DNA of 64,000 nucleotides from Acidimicrobiales bacterium. Its GTDB lineage: Bacteria > Actinomycetota > Acidimicrobiia > Acidimicrobiales > SZUA-35. The stretch is from contig JBBKXQ010000049.1 of assembly GCA_037969565.1 (NCBI GenBank), positions 6,495-70,494 on the forward strand, written 5' to 3'. Each line of letters begins with the position of its first letter. Position 1 is the stretch's first letter. This document shows, piece after piece, positions 49,108 to 58,560 of this stretch. A program made the translations under genes and the position numbers. The notes under the pieces were generated by a model, which did no database searches, had not been told where the DNA came from, and was given only the letters and a program-made list of their open reading frames with translations.

Positions 49108-49677
49108 TTACTGACGAGGCTCGAAGAAGGCCCGCACGAGTGGTTCGAAGTGCTCGAGCGGTTCGCTCCGGTAGTCGGCGTCAAAGGCCAGTTGGTCGTA
49201 CTTGGCGCAGAATTCCTCGGTGTAGTCGAAGAATTCGTGTCCGCGGAACTCCTCCCGGGCGTTGCTGTCGGCACCGATGTAATCCCAGAAGTAGTAGCCC
49301 TGGAAGATGCCGTGGTGCTTCACCATGAAGTAGTTGGCTTCCGACGCGAAAGGCTTGATCATGGCGGCGGCGATGTCTGGGTGGTTGTACGGAGCGAAAT
49401 TGTCACCGATGTCGTGGATGAGCGCACACAAGACGTACTCGTCATCCTGGCCGTCGCGTTGGGCTCGGGTTGCGGTTTGGAGGCTGTGCTCGAGCCGGTT
49501 CACCGGGAAACCTCCGTGGTCGGCCTCGAGGTAACGAAGCTGCTCCATCACCTTGTCGGCGACGAGCGCTTGGGTGTGGGCCAACTGCGGGACGATCTTC
49601 GCCCAGTCTTCGGCCGTGCTCTCCTCGAAGGAACGGAACGTGGTGAGCCGCTCGGGTGCTTGTGTGAGATCAGTCAT
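49108..49677 (-). CDS. HD-domain phosphohydrolase
   Basis: HSLQTATRA, ALIHDIGD, NH, HHG.FQG, D. Confidence 0.85.
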   Translation of the reverse strand: MTDLTQAPERLTTFRSFEESTAEDWAKIVPQLAHTQALVADKVMEQLRYLEADHGGFPVNRLEHSLQTATRAQRDGQDDEYVLCALIHDIGDNFAPYNHPDIAAAMIKPFASEANYFMVKHHGIFQGYYFWDYIGADSNAREEFRGHEFFDYTEEFCAKYDQLAFDADYRSEPLEHFEPLVRAFFEPRQ

Positions 49678-49718
49678 GAAATCGACGTTACCCCATGGCG
49701 CATGAGAGAATCGAGTCC

Positions 49719-51965
49719 GTGACTGAGACCAGAACTGCCATTCGAACGTGCCCGCTCTGCGAAGCCGGATGTGGACTCGAGATCACACTCGAATCGGCGA
49801 GCGATCGGGTGATCCGAATCCGGGGCGACCAGGAAGATGTGTTCTCGGCCGGGTTCATCTGCCCGAAAGGCACGACGTTGGGGCATCTCCACGCCGATCC
49901 CGATTGGCTTCGCTCGCCCCGGATCAAACGCAACGGACAATTCGAGGAGGCCACGTGGGAGGAAGCTTTCGCTCACATCGAAGCGAATCTCCTGCCGATC
50001 ATCAGCGAGAGTGGCAAGGATTCGATTGCGGTCTACCTCGGAAACCCAGGAGCCCACTCTCTCGCCCCCATGTTGCACAATCGCACGCTTCTGCGGGCCA
50101 TCGGAAGTCGCAACATCTTCTCTGCATCCACGGTCGATCAACGGCCGAAAGAGATCTCGGCGGCGCTCATGTTCGGGTCGGTCACGGTTCCCGTTCCCGA
50201 TCTCGATCGCACCGATTACCTCCTCATGCTCGGCGCCAACCCGTACGCCTCGAATGGGTCGCTCTGCACCGCCCCCGACTTTCCTGGACGGCTCGAGCGC
50301 ATTCAGGCTCGCGGTGGCAAGGTCGTCGTCGTCGACCCACGACGAAGTGAAACCGCAGCGAAGGCCGATCAGCACCTCGCTATTCGCCCTGGCACCGACG
50401 CCCATTTGCTGGCCGCGATCGCGTCCACCCTCTTCGACGAGGGACTCGCCGACGCCTCGAATGTGGCGGCCCACTGCAAGGGTCTCGATGATCTCTCCGT
50501 GCTCTTCGCTCCCTTCACTGCGGCATCGGTCGCGTCCGTCTGCGGCGTGGAAGCCGAAGAGATTCGGGTGTTGGCTCGCGAGCTCGCAGCAGCCCCGACG
50601 GCCGCGGTGTACGGCCGAATCGGCACCTGTACCCAGGAATTCGGAACCCTCGCATCCTGGTTGGTCGATGTGGTGAACATCCTCACCGGAAACCTCGACC
50701 GGGTCGGCGGTGCGATGTTTGCGAAGGGTGCGGCCGGGCAGCCGTCCACGAAAGGTGCCCCTGGCGTAGGGCGGGGATTCGTGATGGGGCGTTCGACGTC
50801 ACGGGTGAGTGGATCTCCCGAATCACTGGGCGAGTTCCCGGTCACCGTGCTGCCGGAGGAAATCGAGACGCCGGGCGAGGGGCAGGTGCGAGCGCTGATC
50901 ACCGTGGCGGGCAATCCTGTCAGCTCGAACCCCAACAGCAACCGACTCGACGCCGCGCTGGCGTCGCTCACGTTCATGGTGTCGATCGATCCCTACGTGA
51001 ACGAGACGACCCGGCACGCCGACGTGATCCTGCCCCCTCCCAGCCCCCTCCAGAAGAGCCACTACGACCTTGCCCTGCTCAACTTCGCCGTTCGAAACGT
51101 TGCCAACTACTCGGCGCCGGTGATCCCACTCGAGCCCGATCAGATCGGCGAGGACGAGATCATGCTCCGGCTGGCCGCCATCTTCGCTGGAGTCGGTGGT
51201 GAGGTCGATCTGGCCGGAATGAACGAAGCAAGCGCCCGCTCGATGCTCGAGAGTGGGGTGAGAAACGAGTACAGCAACATTGCCGGTCGGGATGTCGACG
51301 AACTGATGGAGATGCTCGACGGCCACGAGGGTGTCGAGACACTGCTCGACATCATGATTCGCACGGGTCCCTTCGGCGATGGTTTCGGCACCGATCCCGA
51401 GGGTCTGTCACTCGATGTTCTCGAGCGCAACCCGCACGGTGTCGACCTCGGCGCACTCGAGCCCAACCGGGTGCCGGACAACCTCCGAACCCCCGACGGC
51501 CTGATCGACGTCACTCCCCCGATCCTCGTGGCCGACGTCGCTCGTCTCGTGGCCTCGATCGATCGTGACTGGGACTCATCGATCGTTCTGGTCGGTCGTC
51601 GACACGTCAGGTCGAACAATTCCTGGATGCACAACATTCGAGTTCTCACGAAGGGCAAGAACCGCTGCACGATGCAGATCAACCCCGGTGATGCCGAGCG
51701 TCTGGGCATTGCAAACGGTGCCGCGGCCAAGGTGGTGTCCCGGGTTGGCGAGGTCACGATCACGGCCGAGGTCACCGACGGAATCCGACGTGGCGTGGTG
51801 AGCATCCCCCACGGATTCGGTCAGAACATGGACGGCGTGGAACTCTCGATCGCCTCTGACTACAACGGCGTCAACACCAACGTGCTCACCGATGAGTACT
51901 TGCGCGACGAGCTGAGCGGCAACATCGCCCTCAACGGAGTTCCGGTCACCGTCGCTCCGGCCTGA
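49719..51965 (+). CDS. Molybdopterin-dependent oxidoreductase
   Basis: TCPLCEAGCG..ICPKG Fe-S motif, GANP, VDPRR, NETTRHAD, RSNNSWMHN. Confidence 0.9.
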   Translation: MTETRTAIRTCPLCEAGCGLEITLESASDRVIRIRGDQEDVFSAGFICPKGTTLGHLHADPDWLRSPRIKRNGQFEEATWEEAFAHIEANLLPIISESGKDSIAVYLGNPGAHSLAPMLHNRTLLRAIGSRNIFSASTVDQRPKEISAALMFGSVTVPVPDLDRTDYLLMLGANPYASNGSLCTAPDFPGRLERIQARGGKVVVVDPRRSETAAKADQHLAIRPGTDAHLLAAIASTLFDEGLADASNVAAHCKGLDDLSVLFAPFTAASVASVCGVEAEEIRVLARELAAAPTAAVYGRIGTCTQEFGTLASWLVDVVNILTGNLDRVGGAMFAKGAAGQPSTKGAPGVGRGFVMGRSTSRVSGSPESLGEFPVTVLPEEIETPGEGQVRALITVAGNPVSSNPNSNRLDAALASLTFMVSIDPYVNETTRHADVILPPPSPLQKSHYDLALLNFAVRNVANYSAPVIPLEPDQIGEDEIMLRLAAIFAGVGGEVDLAGMNEASARSMLESGVRNEYSNIAGRDVDELMEMLDGHEGVETLLDIMIRTGPFGDGFGTDPEGLSLDVLERNPHGVDLGALEPNRVPDNLRTPDGLIDVTPPILVADVARLVASIDRDWDSSIVLVGRRHVRSNNSWMHNIRVLTKGKNRCTMQINPGDAERLGIANGAAAKVVSRVGEVTITAEVTDGIRRGVVSIPHGFGQNMDGVELSIASDYNGVNTNVLTDEYLRDELSGNIALNGVPVTVAPA

Positions 51966-51986
51966 GCCGACAACCGGCCCCAGTGC

Positions 51987-52796
51987 TCAGGTCCGGTTCC
52001 ACACCGGCATCGATCCGGTGTCGGCGTCGAACTCGCGGAGCCAGAGCGAATAGAATGAAGGGTCGGTGAGTTGCGACGGGTGGTGCCCGGGCAGGGCGGA
52101 GACAGCCATTGCCGGGAGTAACTCGAAGAGGAAACTCAGCGACCACTTGAACATCCGCCAATGAGCAACCGGATGGAAGAATCGCCCCTGCCGAAACAGC
52201 AGGTAGGTGGTATTGATCACGGCGAACAGCGCCAGTACGAGCATCGACGTGATCATTCCCCCGACATAGATTCGGCGGCCGCCGTGGACGTCGTGGAATG
52301 CATCCCAGGCCGCATTCTTGTGCTCGACCTCTTCGGCCAGATGCCACAGGAACAGCGTGGCCGGAACGTCGTCGGCTCCATCCAAGAGCTCCCCGAGTCG
52401 GGACTCGGTCCAGCGGGCGGCCGAGTAGGCAACGGTTTCGAACCCGGCGGCGAAGGCCACGTTGAATGCATCGGAGCGGCTTCGATGGAGCCAATCGAAT
52501 GTCGACCGCATCCACCGCTCCATCGTGGCCAAGCCCGGTTCCTGCGAGATCAGGAGATCGTTGAAACGCCGGTGTTGCTTGTGGTGCTCCATTTCCTGAT
52601 GCAGGAAGTCTCTGGTGTCCTCCTGTAGCTCGGGACTCAGGTGGGGAAGCGTTGACCGGACCGACTTCACCACGTACGGCTCGGCGAACGGCATCATCAA
52701 CGAGACGGCGTTCGCAGCGCACGCAAACTCGGGTAGCCGGGGATGCCAGCGCGACTCGAAGTCGTCGGGGTAGGTGAAGGTCACCCGTCGCGTCAT
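51987..52796 (-). CDS. Predicted metal-dependent hydrolase
   Basis: S..MPFAE, F..QE..H..QH, GFE, WHLAEEVEHK. Confidence 0.8.
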   Translation of the reverse strand: MTRRVTFTYPDDFESRWHPRLPEFACAANAVSLMMPFAEPYVVKSVRSTLPHLSPELQEDTRDFLHQEMEHHKQHRRFNDLLISQEPGLATMERWMRSTFDWLHRSRSDAFNVAFAAGFETVAYSAARWTESRLGELLDGADDVPATLFLWHLAEEVEHKNAAWDAFHDVHGGRRIYVGGMITSMLVLALFAVINTTYLLFRQGRFFHPVAHWRMFKWSLSFLFELLPAMAVSALPGHHPSQLTDPSFYSLWLREFDADTGSMPVWNRT

Positions 52797-52868
52797 GACA
52801 TCAGTATCGGTCGTTCGCCGGCACTTCTGATCATTCGGCCACTTGGGCAGTGACCTGAGCCTGTCGGC

Positions 52869-54872
52869 TCAGCCCCGGAGCGCGGTGAATCGGGTTTTGA
52901 ACTCCACACTTTCGGAGAAGTTGAGCATCACCTGACCGCGACTGGTGCCGCCGTAGAGCTTGTCGACCCAGAAGGAGAGGCCGGGCGCATCCGGCTCACG
53001 GTCCATCACATTGCGGTAGACCAGTTCGACGAAGGCCTGATCGGAGAGGGTGCCGTAGCGAGCCTTGAACTCGTTCGACCCGGCGAACGACTCGCTGATC
53101 GATTCGATCCGGGTTCCGAGGCCAGTCCAGTAGGCCAACCCGGCCTTGTCGGCCTCCCGCAGGAAGTAGGCCTCGTAGAGCCTTGCGACGGCACCCGTCG
53201 AGTCGAAGTCGTACAACTTCTGGGTTGTGGCTCGCTGGTATTCGACCGACTCGGAGAACCCGACCATCACCTGACCGCGGCTCGTGCCGTTGGCCAACTG
53301 CTCGGCCCAATACGTCCGGCCCGCGGCATCGGAATTGCGCCCGAGCACATTTCGATAGATCAGATCGACGAACTCGGGGTTGCCGAGTTGGCCGTAGCGG
53401 GCAACGAATTCGGGCGACTCGGAGAACACTTGTGAGACTTCCCGGAGCTCGAGGCCCTGACGCAGCGACGAAACCCAATAGTCGAGACCCGGTTCATCGG
53501 GCATCCGGAGGAAGTACGCCAGGTAGAGCCGCATGACCTGCGCTCGCTGGTTGACGATCGTGAGTGGATCCGAAGCTACAAGCCCATTGCTCGCATCGGG
53601 TCGGCTGAGAAATCCGAGCCGCTCGTAGGTGCCACCGAGCACCTGCGTGTCGTCGGCCCCGAGCCAATCAGCCAACACGGTGGCGTAGACCGAGCGGAAA
53701 TCCACGGTCGGCGCCTGATTGCCACGACGGTCGAGGGCCGTGAGCGACGGAAACTCTCCGTAGAAGCCACCCTTGACCCGAGGACCGATGGCCATGAGCG
53801 TGCTGGCCGATCCGTGGTCGACGCCGCCGGAGTTGTTCGCCTTGGCCCGACGACCGAATTCGGAAACCGTCAGGATGGTGGTGCGATTGGCGAACCCGAT
53901 TGCGAGTGTCTGGTGGAAGAGCGTGAGGGCTGCGTTGAGCTCCTGCATGCGCTTGCGATGCATTTCCACGTGCCCCGCGTGGCCATCGAAGTCGCCGTAG
54001 GAAACCTCGATCACGCGGATCCCGAGGTTGGCGTTGATCAAGCGGGCGGCGAGAACCAGGTCGGCGGCGAGGTCGCCTTCTGGAAGTGGGTTCTGGTACA
54101 CCGACGAGACGTCGCGGGCGATTGCGAGGGACGACCGTCCCGACTCCGCAATTGCGTCGGCGAGAGATCCGAGTCCGGTCGAGCCGGCAGCCATGGCGTC
54201 GAATGCAGCCATCTGCTTGAGTTCCCATGGCTCGGCATCAGCGAAGTCGAACAGACCACTGGGGTTGGCAGGGAGCGCAGTGGCGGTCCGGCGGTTGCCC
54301 TGCATCAGGAGAGGCACGGTGCGACCGATGGCCACGGCGTGGAACGGGTCGGCTCCGCCCGGAAGGCCATCCATGTAACGACCGACCCAGCCCGAGGTGG
54401 GAGCGCCGTTGCCGGCTCGTCCGGTCATCCAGCGAGCTGTCGACTCGAAATGGCTCAGGTTGCTGCCCGGGTCGCCGACGCCGTCGATGACGGCAACCTG
54501 GCCGTTGTCGAACAGGCCCTTGAGATAGCCGAGCTCGGGGTGGAGGCCCCGTGAACCGCCGATCTGCAGCGCTGCGTTCTGGGCGATCGCCACACCTTTT
54601 CGTAGGTCGTAGTAGGCGCCGTCTCCGGTTGGAGCGACGGTGTTGAGCCCGTCGTTGCCGCCTTCCATGTTCAGGATGACGAGCACACCATCGGTGGGGC
54701 CGATCGGTGAGGCCGCTCCGGCCATCTCGGCGAATCCCAGCGGAAGCATTGCCGCGCCACCCACGGCCGCCGCAGCCTGGAGGAATCGGCGCCGCTGGAG
54801 TGATCCGGAATCAGAGACTGACGACGACAGTGCGCGTCGGATCTCGGCATTGGTGGGGTCGAATCGAGTCAT
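52869..54872 (-). CDS. Tat-exported DUF1501 protein fused to DUF4214 repeats
   Basis: QRRRFLQAAAA, GGNDGLN, SHFES, FDGH, SEFGRR, GVDHG, DFRSVY; then RLYLAYFLRMPD..GL.YW repeats. Confidence 0.88.
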   Translation of the reverse strand: MTRFDPTNAEIRRALSSSVSDSGSLQRRRFLQAAAAVGGAAMLPLGFAEMAGAASPIGPTDGVLVILNMEGGNDGLNTVAPTGDGAYYDLRKGVAIAQNAALQIGGSRGLHPELGYLKGLFDNGQVAVIDGVGDPGSNLSHFESTARWMTGRAGNGAPTSGWVGRYMDGLPGGADPFHAVAIGRTVPLLMQGNRRTATALPANPSGLFDFADAEPWELKQMAAFDAMAAGSTGLGSLADAIAESGRSSLAIARDVSSVYQNPLPEGDLAADLVLAARLINANLGIRVIEVSYGDFDGHAGHVEMHRKRMQELNAALTLFHQTLAIGFANRTTILTVSEFGRRAKANNSGGVDHGSASTLMAIGPRVKGGFYGEFPSLTALDRRGNQAPTVDFRSVYATVLADWLGADDTQVLGGTYERLGFLSRPDASNGLVASDPLTIVNQRAQVMRLYLAYFLRMPDEPGLDYWVSSLRQGLELREVSQVFSESPEFVARYGQLGNPEFVDLIYRNVLGRNSDAAGRTYWAEQLANGTSRGQVMVGFSESVEYQRATTQKLYDFDSTGAVARLYEAYFLREADKAGLAYWTGLGTRIESISESFAGSNEFKARYGTLSDQAFVELVYRNVMDREPDAPGLSFWVDKLYGGTSRGQVMLNFSESVEFKTRFTALRG

Positions 54873-54873
54873 G

Positions 54874-56187
54874 TCAGGCCAACTGAAATTCTGGGGAGAG
54901 GAGGGGTAGCAGGAGGAGGCCGCTGCGGCGGGCCCAGCTGTCCTCGGTGTCGAGATACTGGCGAATTGCCGTCCAGGTGGACGAGCTGGGGTTGGTGATG
55001 CCGTAGCGGTCGAGGACCATTTGGAGGTGAGCGTCGAGTGCCGCCGGCGTGGGGTTCTTCCCGAGTTGTTTGTCTTCTGCATCGAACACGATGTGTGCTT
55101 CGTACAGCCTCCAGCGCAAGGTGCTGGCGAAGCTCGATCTCCCCCAGGTGGCCGACGAGGAAATCCAGTATTCGTTCGACTTCCAGCCTGCGACGTGCGG
55201 CGGCCGGAACGGTTCTTGGCCCATCGCTCGAAGCGACCACTGCGGGTTGGCCATCGAGCAGCTCGCGCCCGTGTGACGCATCGCAGCCACGGCGTATTCG
55301 ACCGGGCTACGAATGAGTCCCTGCTTGGCCTGCGTCGAGCGGAATTGCGGATGCAGGAAGATGGATCGAAGGAGGTCCGTGATGTTCAACGTCGCGGCGA
55401 AATTGGTCGAGATGGAGTCGACAACGGCCTGCTCGGGGTTGGGGTAGGCCATGAACGACCAGAGTTTGCGGGCGATGAACCGGGCGGCCACCGTCCGCTT
55501 GCGATCGAGAATCAAGTTGATGATGTCGGGCCCGTCCCAGCTGCCCGTTTGTCCGAAAAACGTCTTCGAGCCACCGTCATGTCGCTCGGGGAAATACTGG
55601 TAGACCGAATCAACGTCCTTGTTGATGCCGTGTCCGGTCCACGCTCGGGCCGACTCTCGAACGTCGTCCTCGCTGTAGTTGTCGACGCCGAGGGTGAAGA
55701 GTTCCATGAGCTCGCGGGCGAAGTTCTCGTTGGGTGAACCCACCTTGTTCTGGTCGTTGTCGAGATAGGCGAGCATGGCCGGTTGGAGCGCAGCCCGCCT
55801 TGTCAGTTCACGGAAGTCGCCGAGGCCATGGGTCCGAAAGAGCTGGTTCTGGTCGAACATCGCCTGGTGATCGCCGACCTTGTGCAACGAGCTGCAGAAG
55901 TGGCCGTGCCAGAACAGCACCATCTTCTCCACGATCGGGGACTGGGTGGTTCGGGCCCTCTCGAGCCAGAACCAGACCATCTCGACGTAGCGGGCGTAGT
56001 GGCCGGCGCTGTCGTTCATCAGATCGGTGGGTACACCGACCGATGGATCGACGGCCCTCGATGGATCGAGCACCGATTCCACGGCGACTTCCCAGTCGAG
56101 TGGTGTGAGGGCGGAGATCTCGGCGGGAAGGGCAGCGAATCCAGATCGTCGCAGCAAATGTGCGATGTCGCGGGGGTCTGACGGCAT
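54874..56187 (-). CDS. DUF1800 domain protein
   Basis: HLLRRSGF, EKMVLFWHGHF, PAMLAYLDN, PNENFARELMELFTLG, PPHVAGW, SPEFQL. Confidence 0.92.
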   Translation of the reverse strand: MPSDPRDIAHLLRRSGFAALPAEISALTPLDWEVAVESVLDPSRAVDPSVGVPTDLMNDSAGHYARYVEMVWFWLERARTTQSPIVEKMVLFWHGHFCSSLHKVGDHQAMFDQNQLFRTHGLGDFRELTRRAALQPAMLAYLDNDQNKVGSPNENFARELMELFTLGVDNYSEDDVRESARAWTGHGINKDVDSVYQYFPERHDGGSKTFFGQTGSWDGPDIINLILDRKRTVAARFIARKLWSFMAYPNPEQAVVDSISTNFAATLNITDLLRSIFLHPQFRSTQAKQGLIRSPVEYAVAAMRHTGASCSMANPQWSLRAMGQEPFRPPHVAGWKSNEYWISSSATWGRSSFASTLRWRLYEAHIVFDAEDKQLGKNPTPAALDAHLQMVLDRYGITNPSSSTWTAIRQYLDTEDSWARRSGLLLLPLLSPEFQLA

Positions 56188-56272
56188 GGCAATGAGTAAC
56201 GACACCCAAGCCCCGGACATTAAGCGGAGATGTCGGAAAAATTGGCTGATCGGATCAGGCCAAATGAGTCAT

Positions 56273-57829
56273 TCAGCTCAGCTCGCGGATGAGCCGCTGC
56301 TTCAGCTCCCAGAGCTCCTGGGTGAGCGACACGTGGTAGCGGTGCGGATTGACCAGCCGTCGAACGCCTGGATCGAGACATTCCAGATCGGCCACACGAC
56401 GAGCCCGCATCGTCTCGAGCCCCACCGGCTCGCTCTGGATCTTCCCCTCACAGAGCACGGTTTCGAGGAGGGGCTCCATTTTCGACACTCGGCCGGAGCG
56501 AAGGACACGCACGGTTTGAGGCTCCACCGGGTGTTGCAGAATCAACGAACCATGACCATCGGTTGAATCCTCCGGGTTCGAACCGCGAACCGCCAGGAGG
56601 TCGGCGGTGGAACGGCCCCGCTCGTCATAGACCCGGTACACGTCCTTGTCGCCCGGGTTCGCAGTTTTCGCCGGAGTGTCGGACAGCTTCATCGCCGGTT
56701 GGAGTTGGTTGCCATCGCTGATGGCCACCAGCTTGTAGACACCGTCGAGATAGGCCTGGCCCTGGGATGCACTGAGTTTCGATCCGGCGCCCATGACGAG
56801 CCGAGAGATCAATTGGCGAGAATCCATGCCGTAGCGAGGTGCCTCCTGATCGATCTGGGCCAGGATCTGGAAGACAGCGAGTTCGTCGAGACCCGACGAC
56901 AGCACGATGGTGGTTTGGTCGAAGCCGGCCTCGTTGAGGAGCTCGGCCGACTTGATGGCCAGGTAGGCGAGGTCGCCGGAGTCGAGGCGAATACCGGCCG
57001 GCTCGTGACCCTTGGCTCGCAGTTCGTGGAAGACGGTGATGGCGTGAGGAATGCCGCTGTTGAGAGTGTCGATGGTGTCGACGAGCAGGAGGCAGTCATC
57101 GGGATAGGTATCGGCGTAGGCCCGAAAGGCCCCGAGTTCGCCCTCACCCAGTGCCATGAAAGCCTGCACCAACGAGTGGGCGTGGGTGCCGCGAGGGGCG
57201 ATTCCCATCACGTGGGAAAGCCCGACGTTCGACGAATATTCCGCCCCGCCGATGAGGGCGGCCCGTCCTGCCGCATTGCCCCCGAAATGAGCCGAGCGGC
57301 GAAGTCCGAACTCGAGCACCGGTTGCCCTCTCGATGCCTCAGCGAGTCGAGAGGCCTTCGTGGCAATCAACGTCTGGAAGTTGAGATGGTTCAGAAGTGA
57401 GGTTTCGAGGATCTGGGCCATGGCCAGGGGACCCTCGATGATCGCGACGGGGACATTGGCATGCACGACGCGGCCTTCCGGCATGGCCCGAATGGTGATT
57501 CCGTCGAAGTTGCCGTTCTGTTCGAGCCAGACCAGGAAATCGTTGCCGAACAACGGGGTGCCGTGGGCGTTTCGATGACTCCGCAACACCTCGATCTCGC
57601 TGGGACCGAATCGGGCCGAGGCCATCCAGTCGATCAGCCATTCGAGGCCGGCGGCGATGCAGTAGCCGGCTTGGTGGCTGCCGTAGTCGGGGTAGCGGCG
57701 AAAGAAATGCTCGAACAGCGCCGGGCGCTCGTGGATCCCTTGCCGGAAGTAGGCCTGGGCCATCGTGAGCTGATATTGGTCGGTGAAGAGGATGCCTTCG
57801 GTGAGGGATCGCTTGTCGGTGGAGAACAC
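56273..57829 (-). CDS. pncB: Nicotinate phosphoribosyltransferase
   Basis: LFTDQYQLTM, EFGLRR, GTHAHS, LVDT, IRLDSGDL, GVYKL. Confidence 0.92.
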   Translation of the reverse strand: MFSTDKRSLTEGILFTDQYQLTMAQAYFRQGIHERPALFEHFFRRYPDYGSHQAGYCIAAGLEWLIDWMASARFGPSEIEVLRSHRNAHGTPLFGNDFLVWLEQNGNFDGITIRAMPEGRVVHANVPVAIIEGPLAMAQILETSLLNHLNFQTLIATKASRLAEASRGQPVLEFGLRRSAHFGGNAAGRAALIGGAEYSSNVGLSHVMGIAPRGTHAHSLVQAFMALGEGELGAFRAYADTYPDDCLLLVDTIDTLNSGIPHAITVFHELRAKGHEPAGIRLDSGDLAYLAIKSAELLNEAGFDQTTIVLSSGLDELAVFQILAQIDQEAPRYGMDSRQLISRLVMGAGSKLSASQGQAYLDGVYKLVAISDGNQLQPAMKLSDTPAKTANPGDKDVYRVYDERGRSTADLLAVRGSNPEDSTDGHGSLILQHPVEPQTVRVLRSGRVSKMEPLLETVLCEGKIQSEPVGLETMRARRVADLECLDPGVRRLVNPHRYHVSLTQELWELKQRLIRELS

Positions 57830-57948
57830 GGCGACAGTCTGCCAGTCCTGAGCGCTGGGCAGTACGGTCTTCCTCCCATGAGCTGACCGAGCGAACCTTC
57901 TGTTCTGCAAAGTCCTTCCGACCCGTCGACCCGTAATTGGAGACCTCC

Positions 57949-58560
57949 GTGGCTGCCACTCCCCCCGCCCAAACCTCGTTACCGCTCGGCCCAGCAACGG
58001 CGCTGATCATCGTTGACGTCCAGAACGATTTCGCCGATCCAGCCGGATCACTCTTCGTTGCCGGCGGGGAAGAAGTCGTTCCCGTGATCAACGATCTGAT
58101 CGAGGCGACCACGGCCGCCGGAGGCCCGGTCTTCTACACCCAAGACTGGCACCCGGAGTCCACGCCTCACTTCATCGACGAGGGTGGTGTTTGGCCTCGC
58201 CACTGCGTTCGCGACACCTGGGGGGCGCAGCTCCATCCCGACCTTCGAGTTGTCGGGCCGGTCGTCCGCAAGGGAACCAATGGTGAGGACGGATACTCGG
58301 GCTTCACGATGAGGGATCCGATCACATTCGAAGAGATCCAGACACCGCTTCTCGGGCTGGTGACCGAGGCTGCGGTGAGCCACGTGATCGTCGTCGGGTT
58401 GGCCCTCGACGTGTGTGTGAAAGCAACCGCCCAGGACGCCGTCGCCAGCGGATTGGCGGTGACGGTCGTGGAAGACGCGGTGGCCGCAGTCGAACTGCAG
58501 CCCGGTGACGGAACGCGCGCCGTCGACGATCTCATGGCTCTCGGTGTCACGATCTCCTGA
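57949..58560 (+). CDS. pncA: Nicotinamidase/pyrazinamidase
   Basis: VDVQNDF, QDWHP, WPRHCV, KG..YSGF, GLALDVCV. Confidence 0.9.
   Translation: MAATPPAQTSLPLGPATALIIVDVQNDFADPAGSLFVAGGEEVVPVINDLIEATTAAGGPVFYTQDWHPESTPHFIDEGGVWPRHCVRDTWGAQLHPDLRVVGPVVRKGTNGEDGYSGFTMRDPITFEEIQTPLLGLVTEAAVSHVIVVGLALDVCVKATAQDAVASGLAVTVVEDAVAAVELQPGDGTRAVDDLMALGVTIS

Noticed and set aside
49719-51965. Selenocysteine formate dehydrogenase
   Set aside because: No in-frame TGA and no Cys/Sec-His FDH motif; the ligand region reads SASTVDQ
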